Position numbers and translations under genes: made by a program. The notes beneath the pieces were generated by a model. It was given only the letters and a program-made list of their open reading frames with translations. It was not told the DNA's origin and searched no databases. A stretch of 52,709 nt of DNA, counting the filler, from Dirinaria sp. TL-2023a (Eukaryota), in NCBI GenBank assembly GCA_051941275.1. It is 3 parts of 3 records of this genome, joined end to end, with 100 filler letters (N's around TTAATTAATTAA, not from the genome) between each part and the next. Parts side by side here need not be neighbours in the genome. Positions count along the whole stretch, not along the records: positions 35,267 to 52,709 come from JAVEBF010000428.1; 2 more parts are not named here. One strand, written 5' to 3'. Shown piece by piece: positions 35,726-47,400 of the stretch (positions are counted from its first letter, which is position 1; each line of letters begins with the position of its first letter).

Positions 35726-36442
35726 ATGTTGGCCTCACTCTGCCTGAGCCTCTCGGTCTTAATCAGTAGGTCATTGGCATCGCCAATCCAAACCATCTCT
35801 CCCAGAGATGAGGGTTGGTCGCTCTGTACCAACATCCCGTTCTCTATAGCCGGCCTGTACGTTTTTCATAATTTTCGCACTCTTCGCATGATACTGAATG
35901 ATACTCTTCGCATGATACTGAATGAAAATGGGATGTGTGTTTTTTGACCCATTTCGCACAGCTTCACACCTAACCCCACCGCCCCAGCAAACCTAAGCGA
36001 AGCCTCGCTCACAGGAAGGAAAAAACGGCAAACAACCACCCTGTACGGCATACCCCAATCCAGGCCCGTATGGTGCGCCGTCAACACCTCGACCTACATC
36101 CGCATCACGCCCGGCGGCTCACCATCGCTCAACGCCACCGAAGTAAATACCACATTGGCAAACTCAATTCGGTATATAAGTCGTGTTATCGAGGCATACG
36201 GGGATAGCACTGCGTTGTCCGATGGAGCACAGTTCTTGTATGCGGGTTATAATGACGTGATTCTGGCGGTGGATCAGACTGCAAAATGGTCGTTGACGTG
36301 GAAGATTATGCAGGATGCCGTGGCTGAGTTGTTGGATTGGATGATTGAGGCTGGGGGATTGGGGGCTGCGCAGTTCGATTTATATAATGGGCAGCACGCT
36401 GTTGGGACTGGCGCGGTAAAGTTTCGCCAGATTGAAGTGTGA
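35726..36442 (+). CDS. Small secreted hypothetical protein, about 200 aa; probable exons 35726-35856, 35962-36442
   Basis: Signal-peptide-like MLASLCLSLSVLISRSLASP; GTACGT..CAG intron gives an open frame to ...WSLTWKIMQDAVAELLDWM...FDLYNGQHAVGTGAV; NxS/T sites. The first exon boundary is uncertain. Confidence 0.6.
35879..35925 (+). repeat. 24-nt tandem duplication (ACTCTTCGCATGATACTGAATGA x2) inside the predicted intron
   Basis: Exact repeat read directly. Confidence 0.9.
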
Positions 36443-37347
36443 TTAAGTGTCAGAGAAGGGGAGGAAAATAGGGGTAAGGGGTTGTAGTTAGCCGGTTTTG
36501 AAAGGGTCGATAATCATGAGATTATTTCGTTCTTATCTAAATGTGTGCGTGATGGAAGATGGGAAATGATACAAGAGGGCCGCGAGAGGGAGCAATGTCG
36601 CTGGAGTGAACATTTCGAATAGGTGAAATTGAGATGTACATATGGTTTGGTGACGTTTAGAAAAGGCTTTGGTCACGCGAATATAAGCACCAACCTATTT
36701 TCTGCCCATCGAGGCTCGCTACCATTCTCCATCTACCTGATCTTGCATCAAATGGGGGATTTTACAACATGTCCTTTCTTCATTGCTTCCACTTCTTCAA
36801 GGAGCCGCTGCGGCTACTCCTCAATAGCAAGATCATGAGCAACGACCCAGCTGTGATTTCTGCACAGGTATATTGCTAGAGAGGTTCCAAGGCTCTGAAG
36901 CTGCTCTCGACTAGAGTCACTGTGGTACATAAGATTCTTTGCTGGGTGATGCCGTGGTGGTGGTTATCGACCTGAAATGGCAGATTAGCGGGTATTCTGC
37001 ATGGCGTAATGAATGACGATATTATGTTCCCATTAAGGTAGCCTGTACACCGTCCCTATGTTATGAAATCATGTAGGTGGTGCCTGGAAACATTGTATGT
37101 GGATGTACGGAGTACTGGCGTTAATTGGCACGACGTCGCTTAGAGGGCGATTTCCGAGGTTGTACCGACATGCAACTGAACCAACTACCGGCATCACGTG
37201 ACTCTTCTAGCTACAGTACATTGACGAAGAAAAGCGTTGATACTGTACAATGCGGTCTGATATGTAATTTTTTCCTTCCATTGAACTTAGAGCTTCTCTA
37301 AATTACACCTTCAACTGCCTATTCTTCTGTCAAGTCATCCGCCGTTT

Positions 37348-38447
37348 CTACTTTCCCTTCTTGCTACCGCTCCAATCCACCCGACCTGTCCAATCCACGC
37401 TATCCTCGTCGTAGTCCTGGCAGTACCGGTCCCAGTCAAAAAACTCCGTAATGTAGTCAGGTGCGGGGATGTTTGGAGTAGGAGAGACGCTTTCATCACT
37501 CGATCTTGGTGGTGTGATCACCATTTCCCCGAAAGGGATTGTTGTAGGCGCCCGCTCGACCTCTCCCAACCTCCCGGAGGCTTGCGTATTGGTATCCCTC
37601 TCTTCCATCGGTGTGATCGATTTTCCTCTGAACGGCATTGCTATAGTCTCCCGCTCCAACTGCCCGAACCCTCTGGAGGTCTGTGAATTGGCATCCCTCT
37701 CTTCCATCGGTGTGATCGATTTTCCTCTGAAAGGGATTGTTGAAGTCTCCCGCTCCACCTGCCCGAGCCTCCCGGAAGTATGTGTATTGGCATCCCTCTC
37801 TTCTATCGGCGTGATCGATTTTCCTCTGAAAGGGATTGTTAAGGTGTCCCGCTCCACCTGCCCAAATCTCCCGGAGTTCTGCGTATTGGCATCGTTTTCT
37901 TCATTGATAGATTCGGTTTCCATGTGCGACTCGCGACGGCGCATGATGCTAGCAAGCGAAAAATGGATTAGTCCAAGCATCCAACTATTGATTCGGATCT
38001 TTACCCTCTCTCGCTATCATCATGTGCAGGAACCGCATTGATAGGCGAATCCTGCGACTCTCGATGGCTCACATCCCTATCATGCAGAATATAGATTAGT
38101 CCAAGCCCCGAATCAATCTATTCGGACTTTTACCTCCTCTCAGAATCATCACTGGAAGGGACCACCTTGTCGACAGACAAGCGTCTGCTCGTCGTTGAGA
38201 GCTCTTGATCATAGCCGATGTCGGATACATTGCTATTTCCAGAGACAGGAGACGACTCGGAGTTGATTGCTGTGCCGGATTTGTTGGGCTCTTCAGACGC
38301 AGATGCATCTTGCTCGTTCTTTTCGAGTTCTTCTCCATGCTGGTTTTTGGAATCCATCATCAGCGCGGTTGATGTTTCTTGCATTCTGTGATCCTGACTG
38401 CTACAGTTGTCCGCAGCTTCTTCAGCGTTTGAACTCTGGTCAGTCAT
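37348..38447 (-). CDS. Hypothetical low-complexity protein with 33-aa tandem repeats, about 328 aa; exons 38447-38134, 38076-38005, 37948-37348
   Basis: Two similar phase-2 introns (GTAAA..GGACTAATC..TAG) link three open frames. C-terminus is aromatic/acidic (DYITEFFDWDRY). The start is uncertain. Confidence 0.55.
37507..37902 (-). repeat. Coding minisatellite, 4 x 99 nt (33 aa: EERDANTxxSGRxGQVERETxTIPFRGKSITPx)
   Basis: Anchor G(T/C)GTGATC recurs at 37512, 37611, 37710 and 37809. Confidence 0.92.
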
Positions 38448-38718
38448 GGTTGGGGTGTATCATGACTGGAAATGACTGTTGGAAAGAGCTCGTTAAATGA
38501 ATACTGAACGGACTAGTACGTGCTTCAATCATGCTCTTGTGAGATAGCTGACAAACCATTAGCGTACATTCAATGTGGCGGTCTTGTCACTTTTCCATGT
38601 CTTGCAAGTTTCAGGGACTGTTGTCATGTGTCAGACAATTTCAATTTCTTTGTGTTGTGAACACGCAAGGACACAAAGCCATCAGTGTCTAGTTCTATTT
38701 GTATCTCGATACCGTTGC

Positions 38719-40429
38719 TCACTGACGGTCAAAGCACGCTTCTTGAGGCTTAGCAACGGATGCCGATTCGCCAGTCAATAGAGACATTATAACCTCCGGA
38801 GACAAGTAACGTTGCCAGCTCCTCCAAAAAGGCACGAAAAGGTCCATAAAGCCTTCTGGACACAAGTATTTGCTCCACATATCGTAGGGTGGAAGCGATC
38901 CCAATCTTTCTGAACGGTCTGGAAGCTGGTCAAAAGGCGTTATTGTTGTCGAGGCAACCCTAAAAGCCGTCTTAGGTTGAAGCCTCGATGTAGCTCCACT
39001 ATGGTTGAGCCTCGATAAATTGGTAATGTTGTGCAAGCTGTCCAAGGTATGGCGCCTAGCTATTTCTTGCTGGGAATCGAGTAATCTACCAGGGGAAGCA
39101 AATCGTCGTGTCTCCGGCATCGTAACGCGGCGTCTTTGTGGAGCCTGCTGTGGATGAAGTGTACCATGAGGAAGCCGTGGAGGACAATTCCTTTCATGCG
39201 ACACCATCCCACTCGCAGTCAAATTTGGAGTACGAGCGGAGGTTTGAATTCTGGCTGTGGAATTTACTGGCATTTTGGATCGTCTCTGTGCCTCCGCAAT
39301 AATGTCGTCGATATCTTCAGCTTGCGACGATGTTCCGCTTGAACTGGAGCTCCAAACACGATTGGTATATTGGGCTCCATTTTTGGGAGCTACTGGCATT
39401 CCATGTGTTCTCCGTACGCTCGCAATGATACCGTCGATGTCCAGACATTGCGAAGCTGTTCCGCTGGCAGTCGGGCTTCGAACATCAGCGGTATACCGAG
39501 GCCCATTCTTGGAACTGATCGATATTCCGTCTTCCGTTAGTGCGCTCGCAATAACGTCGTCGATATCTGGACATTGCAGCATGTCATCGAATCCCAATTT
39601 TTGCGGGTCGAAAAAGTTGTCAACTTGACTGCTGGGTAACGTTCTCAGAGCATCAGTAACCTGAGAATCTGATGCTGCAGTCTTATCGTACAGAGCTGGC
39701 ATTTTCCCGCCGTTGAAGGATGGGTTGGACGGGTGTGTCGCGCTGGAGGGAATACGCGTTTGTCTAAGTTTTTTGATCTCCACGCAGTCTTCGGTTTCGA
39801 CCTGCGAAACAGTTCGCTTATGAGTCCTGTGGAGAGAATGCATAGGGTGTGTGGCTCCGCTGATCGTGCCGGCCGTCGGAGGAGCTGAAAGCTGAGACAT
39901 TGAAGAGATTGCATAAGGATTTCCAGCTCGTAGAGCAGGACTCGCACCAATTTGATTGTTCCCGACAATACCAAAAGCATCATCCAAGAGCACCTTAGAC
40001 GATTCGATCTTGATACGAGTATCAGCTGCCGTCGGGGAACATTGCGTGCAGAGCACTTACTGCCCCGTCAAGGCCTGTTTTGAGCGCCTCCAGCCACACT
40101 GGATTAGCCTCGACTTGTTCTATGCGGGTTAAGACAGCAATCTCTGCCGGTTCGAAGACAGCCAGTATCGTTTCTTTGTCCCAGCTGCCTTCATACGTGG
40201 GTATGAATCCCGAGAGGGGGTGATAGTACGTTGTGTCCCCAATTTCGTACTCCCAGACAGGTAGTAGACCGCCATTTATGGGGTTGAAGACAATCGGAGT
40301 AATCATCTTCGCGTTGTGCTGTTGGCTTGATCCAGCTGTTGGAGCTTGTGGCCGGAATCCACCTTGATGATTTGCAGCCGTCATACTTGGCTGCAAGTGG
40401 TGTGAGTTTGACCGAGACCTATCGGCCAT
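38719..40429 (-). CDS. Hypothetical protein with 42-aa internal repeats; exons 40429-40061, 40008-38719 (3' end uncertain)
   Basis: Intron GTAAGT (40060)..CTGAT..AAG (40009) joins the 135-aa and 445-aa ORFs in frame. No recognisable family. Confidence 0.55.
39199..39576 (-). repeat. 3 x 126-nt degenerate coding repeat (QxxDIDxxIAxx...TASG)
   Basis: GTCGAT(A/G)TC anchors at 39307, 39433 and 39559, spaced 126 nt apart. Confidence 0.85.
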
Positions 40430-41251
40430 CGTGTCGCAGGAAGGTTATGAATCTGTTGGGAAAGGCGTAATGATGTGTGTAAAGGTATGTGTAAAGACTC
40501 TTTACCTCGATTAAAGATTTCAGTTTTCGAGGTCTAGTTGATACTAGTTGTAAAAGAGTAATGGAAAGATCGCTGATGCAAGCACTGTTTGAGAATTTTG
40601 GGCAAGAGAAAGGATGGAGATCGGAGAAAGAACTTTATGTGCGAACAGTCTTGGTTCACTGATGTCATACGATCAACATGAGACTCTATTATCATTCACA
40701 ACACTCACCATGCCTATGAACTGTTTCAGGAGCCGAACAGTCAGAGTGAAGTGACAGAAATATGAAATACTGGACATTTCTGAATGCCTCGGTACACAGG
40801 CCTTTAACAATTGGTGGCTTTGCTTTATCCTAGGAATGAAGCAGTATAAATCAACAAGGACACACAAGGATGGTTGGTGGGAGATCTACAGTGATGCCTT
40901 ACCACGATATTACTGACGACAATGCCATGATATGAAGGCGAATACATTCAAAGCCTAGTGCAATCTATCTACCAGCTATCTCTTTTGCTGCACAAACTTC
41001 CTAATAGAGCATTCTTGCTTGGAAAGTGCAAAACAAGTATTTGGTAAACCACTCTTGTTCGCAATAATGGCAAATAGTCATCTTGATGGCACACTGTGGA
41101 AGAAGTTCTCCACTTCATCCTCTTTCGAAAGACGAGTTTGATTACGGGACTGCATCAGTTGTTCAAATAGCTGTACGCTTATCGTGCTTGGGCTATGCCC
41201 ATGGAGGAGAGAATGCCGGATCAGATATCTCTCCCTAAAGGTGTCACAAAC

Positions 41252-42136
41252 TCATGGATATGGGATCCGACCGCTGTTGTAGCCTTGAGATGGATCTATC
41301 AGACCGGGGGTGGAACCTCTTGTAGTGTTGTTTCTTCGCTGGTCCGGACTGAGCTCATCTAATACGCGCGAGTTGCTGGAAACAGATGGGGAGAGCCACC
41401 AGCTCAGCATGTAGAAAGAGGCCCGATGTCGAGATACACGCGAACGGAGGACATCCAGGCTTGGCTTGCTGTTGTTGCGTTCGATTCGCATATCGATGTC
41501 GATCCAGCGTACACGGGGATCCAGGCGGCGCCACGATTCCAAGACGAACCAGTGCTCCTGTCCACCAATCTAGAGTCGATTAGTGTTAGGAAATGAGATA
41601 TGAATGCTTGATTCACCTGATCCGGGAGTATCTCAAAGTCCAGTAGCGCGCGTGGCCTTCGGCCAGGCTCTGGGAAAGGCTCGAACATCAAATTACCCTG
41701 GCTGTCGGTTTTTTGAGCTGGAAGTGCCGACAACTTGAACTGCATCCACTGCGGGGTACGGTGAAGCTGGTAAAGGATCTATGAAGAGCTTCAGTGTTGG
41801 TCACCCTCATCGAGCGGATGAAAGGACAGACCTCGGGCATTTGGTGCTTGGACCAGTGACGTTGCCTGACAACATTATTAGATAGATACAGAAGTCACTG
41901 GATATACAAGGCGACTTGCCCATATTGGAATTCGGTCACATCTGTCGGTGTCGGCCCAACAGGACGCGGCTCGACTGAGAGGACGTCAGGGTCACTTCAA
42001 GAAGTATTTTTACTGGAGGGCACTCACCATAAGCGGTACGACCGCCAGGAGGGATTACCTTCTCCCTCGCAGCTACAAATTCAGGTTGGTAGTACCAAGG
42101 CAGATGATGGCCGATGGGCAAAGCATTAGCCGCCAT
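41252..42136 (-). CDS. Uncharacterised family paralogue A, about 225 aa; exons 42136-42028, 41974-41920, 41865-41832, 41778-41617, 41569-41252
   Basis: The frame is restored with four introns (intron 2 has a GC donor). Motifs QRHWSKHQMPE-ILYQL, LESWRRLDPRVRWIDIDMRI and NTTRGSTPGLIDP are shared with paralogues B and C. Confidence 0.75.
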
Positions 42137-43173
42137 GCTAAAGATGGGCCTTCAATACACAGCACTACAGTAATTGGGCGGATTCAAGAGATATGTGCAA
42201 CTGAGCTCGATGCTTTTCAAAGATCTTGAAGTCCACAAGTTCGTAAGAAAGAGCGCGGGCTACGCCTCATGGAATGAAGAAGGGACGGGAAGAAAAAGAT
42301 GCCTATGGGGTGTTATGTGGCGAATGTCGGGGAAAACAGGAACCCATGTCCCTTGCAACACGAAAGCTGCCTCGATTCACTTCTGGCAGAAGCGGGCTAA
42401 AACTTTACGAGCTTGGTAAACACTCAAACAGCGCTAGCTTATTGCTGTATACATTAAGTGGAGTGGCATCTAGTCAATGAGGTCTTGTTTCTTTTACAAG
42501 GGGCTCTTGACAATATTCGAAAGAATCCCGCAGGACTCTGTCATTGAAGGCTGGACGCCGTCGATGGATTCGAATAGATATGATCATGGTTCTCCTTGAG
42601 GAGACTCTGGTTTGACGAACGTAGGCTAAAACCCGTCTTTGAGGGCGAATGATGCATATTTGAGGCTCTTTGATCTCCAACGTAGCCTTGGTCAGCGCGC
42701 CCAGTATCAGCAGTATTGGAAAAAGGCCCAAAAACGAGCGATGATACTAGTCGTAATATAGCCACCATTTCTGCAAGGGGTCCATATGGACAATGGTCAC
42801 CTAATGCTTGGGTATGGCAGATGGAGTAGGCGGGGAGGTTGGGAAAAGACGAACAAATGCTTTTGAATGCAGGAGATTCCTCCTCTAACGGTCCATCGCA
42901 CGCTTCTAATTAAAAACCACCTTGCCCCGATCTCCATCATGGCCAGGAGTGGGCTCTCATTCCTCTATACACAATTGTAAACTCCTGCAGTTCAGGAGAG
43001 ACATCCTTCAATGATGCCAGGTCCCATCGGACAAAACCAGCCATCACTCCTCCACTTCACCTTTTGCCTCGGTATCTAGGGCCATATTCAATCTCCTCGG
43101 ATGCTCCATAGAGCCCTCACACTCTGTGATATGATGTGGTTGTTGGGGTGGGCTATCCGGATTGTCAAGCTGT

Positions 43174-44426
43174 CTAGAACATGTAACGGTTGTTGGGATT
43201 TGAAGAGGTGGCGCGGTCGCCCGCGTCGTCGTCTTCTTCGAAGTCCCAGTGGGCGTCCTCCTCGTTATACTCATATCCTCTTTCAAAGTATGGAGTGTCC
43301 TCGGGGTTCTCTCCTTCATCCATATCCTCTTCGTCAGGCTCGTCATTGGCGCCATGATTCCCCGGTGTCGTGCTCTGACCAACAGACCTGGAGCCGGAAC
43401 GAGGCGTCGACGCTGTTGCACTGGATCCATGAGGAATTTGACCCGGCCCTACATGGCCGGGCTGCCACCTGATAGTTCTGGTGAGGCCTTGGAACCCATC
43501 TGGTATTGGCGGCCGTCTTGGAAAACCTTCGTCCTGCCCTATATTAGGGAATGGGACTATTTGGCTTCCTTGTCCTTGGGCGGGGTTGATCAGCCCAGGC
43601 GTGGTGCCCCTTGTCGTATTGTTCTGTCTCTGCAACGGCGTCAAGAGATTCTGAACTCGCACGTTCTCAGGGCTTTGTCGTAGATCACCTCGCCAGAACC
43701 AAGTGGTGATGTTGTAGAGACGTCTCCAGGTACGAAAGCAGTGCATGTTATAGTTATTTGCGTTCGATCGACCGTGACGTTGCATCCTCATGATTAAGTC
43801 ATTCCACGTAATACGTGGATCCAGGCGTCTCCAGGCCTCCATGAGCAATGGATGCTCTTGTGTACTTATCTGTCATTCGGTATTAGCAGCTGTGGCACGT
43901 AATGAGGTCTACATCGCACCTGGTCTATGTTGGCCAGGACAGGGAAATCCAACAACGGTCTCGGATTGGCAGGGTCGTCAGGCCACTGCTCCCACATAAG
44001 TCGCCCTTGAGCGTCACGCTTCTGCCGGGCCCTTCCTTTGTTCGCCTTAAAATCGAGCCACGCTTGGTCCGGGAACAACTGATATAAGATCTGGGTAAAG
44101 GATTAATGGGAGGCGTCGATGACAAAGTCGGAGTGTACTTACATCAGGCAGGTTGGTAGCGCTCCAGTCCCATTGGCTTGAGATGAGTGTCAGCAACTAC
44201 AATAGACACGAGATGGGGGACGAATTTTTACCCTGCTTGAAAGCCTGTCACATCTCCACCGTCGACTCCTGCACGTCGAGGATCTCCTAGTGCTTGTCAG
44301 ATGCCAGTCTTTGTGAAAGAAGTTTATTGGCTTACGGTAATGGGTCCATCCTCCTGGTAATACCTGCGTACGACACGCTTCAGCGTATCGAGGATCCCTC
44401 TCCCAAGGTAAGCCGACGTTTGCCAT
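43174..44426 (-). CDS. Uncharacterised family paralogue B, about 348 aa; exons 44426-44336, 44286-44232, 44176-44143, 44090-43920, 43869-43174
   Basis: QWDWSATNLPD-ILYQL, MEAWRRLDPRITWNDLIMRM and NTTRGTTPGLINP, followed by an acidic tail. Confidence 0.78.
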
Positions 44427-47400
44427 GTCTTGCTAGCCTTTGGTGCGAACGGAGTACAATCTTTGTTCCAGGCAACACAAGTCTGTTCTACAGAAACGTT
44501 CTCGAGCACTCCTATTCGCAAGCTTCGCAAAGGTGCAAGAGTCTAAGAGAGCGTTCTGCAAACTCCGTCACTCCTATAGTCCGGGTCTTCGAAGCAGGGA
44601 ACTTGAAGTACGGGTCCTCGAAGCCTGGAGTTATGCTGAAGCAGCCGCAGAAAGTGCTCCCAAAGAACGGACCGAATAGACACGATGGAGATGGCGCACT
44701 GCAAGGCGACAGCTATACCAGGGAGCAACGGTTTGTTGATACTCGTATGCTCAGGCTTTATGAAGGTAAACGGTGTGCAGACACGGTGGTTGCCAAAGCT
44801 GCTGAGCGAGTGATCTTTCCGAGCACCAGTATACTCTGACTGAGCCGAGGAAGTAGGAAAGCTGATGCGGCCAAAGAAGAAGCGTTTAGAGAAGCAGCCT
44901 CTATCAATGAGCTTGAAGCTTTGAAAAGCAGCAGGCAAAAGCCGGGAAGAGGTCCGGCGGCACCAGTATGCTCAGGAGTTGTGGACGAAGAAGGTAAACT
45001 GATGCGGTCACAGAAAGAGCTCTCGAAGAAGTTGTCTCTATGGTTTGATGGGCTTGAAGCTTTCAGAACCAACGAGCACGATCGGGAGGGGAAGGATCGA
45101 GAAACGAGTATGCTCAGAGTCTGTGGAGAAAGAAGAAAGAAGCTGGTGTGGAAGGAGGAGGAAGAAAGAAGCAGGTGTGGAGGCAGAAAGGGTTCTGAAA
45201 GACTTATCTCGCTTCGCCTCGCTTGATGAATGGAAAAGTGGAGCCCTGGACCTTCAACAATATCAGTGATATGCATGGGCTCAAATATGGCCTTCGCCTC
45301 ACTCATCAGGACCCACTAGGTCGATAAGACACAGATGCCTATTAGCCCGTGTTCGAATTCATCTTCTTAACACGAATAAGCGAGTGATCAAGCAATCCCT
45401 GGAGAGTCATGCCCTGTCTCTTGCCAATGATAGGGCAAGCCATGTCACATGACCGACACATTGATACCAGGGGAGAGCCTGACTGGGCTAGGCAGAGTGA
45501 TGTCTTATGCTTCCTTAAACACCAGAGTTCCAGGACCTCCTCCGGGGTGTCGAAGTCATATAGTATACTTACCAGGTCCGGGGGGGATGACGAAGCTACA
45601 GGCTTTGTATACGAGGCTCTCTTGGGCTTACGGATCCACCTTTACCTTGTCCTGATGCATGGCCTCATATAAGACGCCTCTGACTTGGGGATATGCTAGA
45701 GTTAGTCTCGTACCGAGCCGATCCTAGCTATAGAGTATATATTGCGGCGTTCAGGGATCAGGCTCGCTCGTCAGGCAGTGTGGGCGCCACACCCTTGTCC
45801 TTCTTCACAGCTTGATAGGGCTTTAGCTGCCGTGGCTCTCGACCGACCTCTGGCCGCCTTAAAGCAGGTCCGGAATGAATTTCCCTTCTTTCACTTTATG
45901 CACCCCTGGCTAGATATGCAGACCGTCGATTAAGGCCCCGCAACCAGTATCCGAGGTGAGTATTATGCAGAGCGTTCCGGGATCCGGTCGATTGGACAGC
46001 GTCTAGTACATCCCTGTCCTTCCCAACCGCTCGATGGTGAAGAGCAATGGGGGGGGGGGGCCTCGGCTCTGCTCGTTTCCGCCTTAGGTACGTGGTTGAA
46101 CCTCTTTTCTCCTCATTCACCTTTTGTGTGACACCTGGACAATGGCAGCGGCTGGTATGTATATATCGCAGTTGTTCCGGGATCAGGCTTATCAGACACG
46201 GGCGTCTAACACATCCTCGTGTCTCTCAACAGCTTAGGTGGGGCTACTGCTCTGAAGAAGCTGTTATTCATGCCTCTGACCCACCACCACCCATGTTCTG
46301 CCTTACCTTAGACACGTGCCGACGACCTTTCTTTCTTCTATACTTTTGCTCATGCAGTTCATTTCACTCGTTAAAAACCCCCTGTCCGTCCCAATAGCTC
46401 GATAAGTAGTTATAGCCCCACTCTGAAATGAAATGAAATGCCGTCGTACTTCGACCTCACATCACATGTACCGTAGTAAAATCTCTCTCTTTAGCTAAAC
46501 CCGATATAACAATCACCAGCAGCATGCGAGGCTTCAGCCACAAGCATCTGAACCGCGGCTCAATTCCTGAACCCTGCCTCGCATCTACGTAGAGCAATGC
46601 AGGCAACCAGTATAACCGCGGTCAGGTTCTATGAGTGCGGAGCCACTAACGTAAGATACGTGCAGGCTTCATTCGGCGTTTGTTAATCCATGACTTCATC
46701 TGGCATTCTCATATGGTGCTTCACATACCCCCACTTTCCTTTTTTTGAATGTTCGCGTGGAGGTTCATAGGTGCGAGTAGGGAATTCATTATCATTTCAC
46801 TTAGTGACTCGCTTGGAGGGGTTTTTTTTTTTTTTTTTTTTGAGAGGTTGAGGTTTAGGATCGATGGAAGCTATGGGCGGTGAATAGTATTCCATAGATC
46901 AAAAGTACTTCGTGAGTGGAGATGAATTCTAGGAGTGGATTGATAGGCGGGGGATCGAGAAGCGGATATGGGATAGTTTTTAGGTGGTCTTTTTCTTTCT
47001 ACTGACTTGACTTAGATAAGGCTGTTACTGATGCTTTAAAAAGGGGAGGAGTTGAATAGGTGAGGCTAGCTTTTGAGCATCCAGATTTGGAATGAGGGAT
47101 GGGATGGATTGGTGCATGTTAGATTTAGGAAAGAATATATTTGATGCTGCATATACATAAAGCGACAAGGGACAATGAAACTTACTGTCACTTAATACCT
47201 TCTTAAGCAGGGCTTTCATCGAATGGAATGCCTCTTACTACATCGTATCCTGCTTTATATTCTCCCCTTAAATCCTCAAAATACAACCCCGACTCCCTAC
47301 CAACCGTTTCAATCTCTTCGCAAAATCACTCGCATGACAAACACGGCGTCACGGACGTCAGCAGTGTCCCCCCCCCCTCCACTTTCCTCTCGCGCCTAGA

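Noticed and set aside
37507..37902. CRISPR-like array
   Set aside because: Eukaryotic context, whole units repeat with no unique spacers, and the 99-nt period preserves a reading frame.
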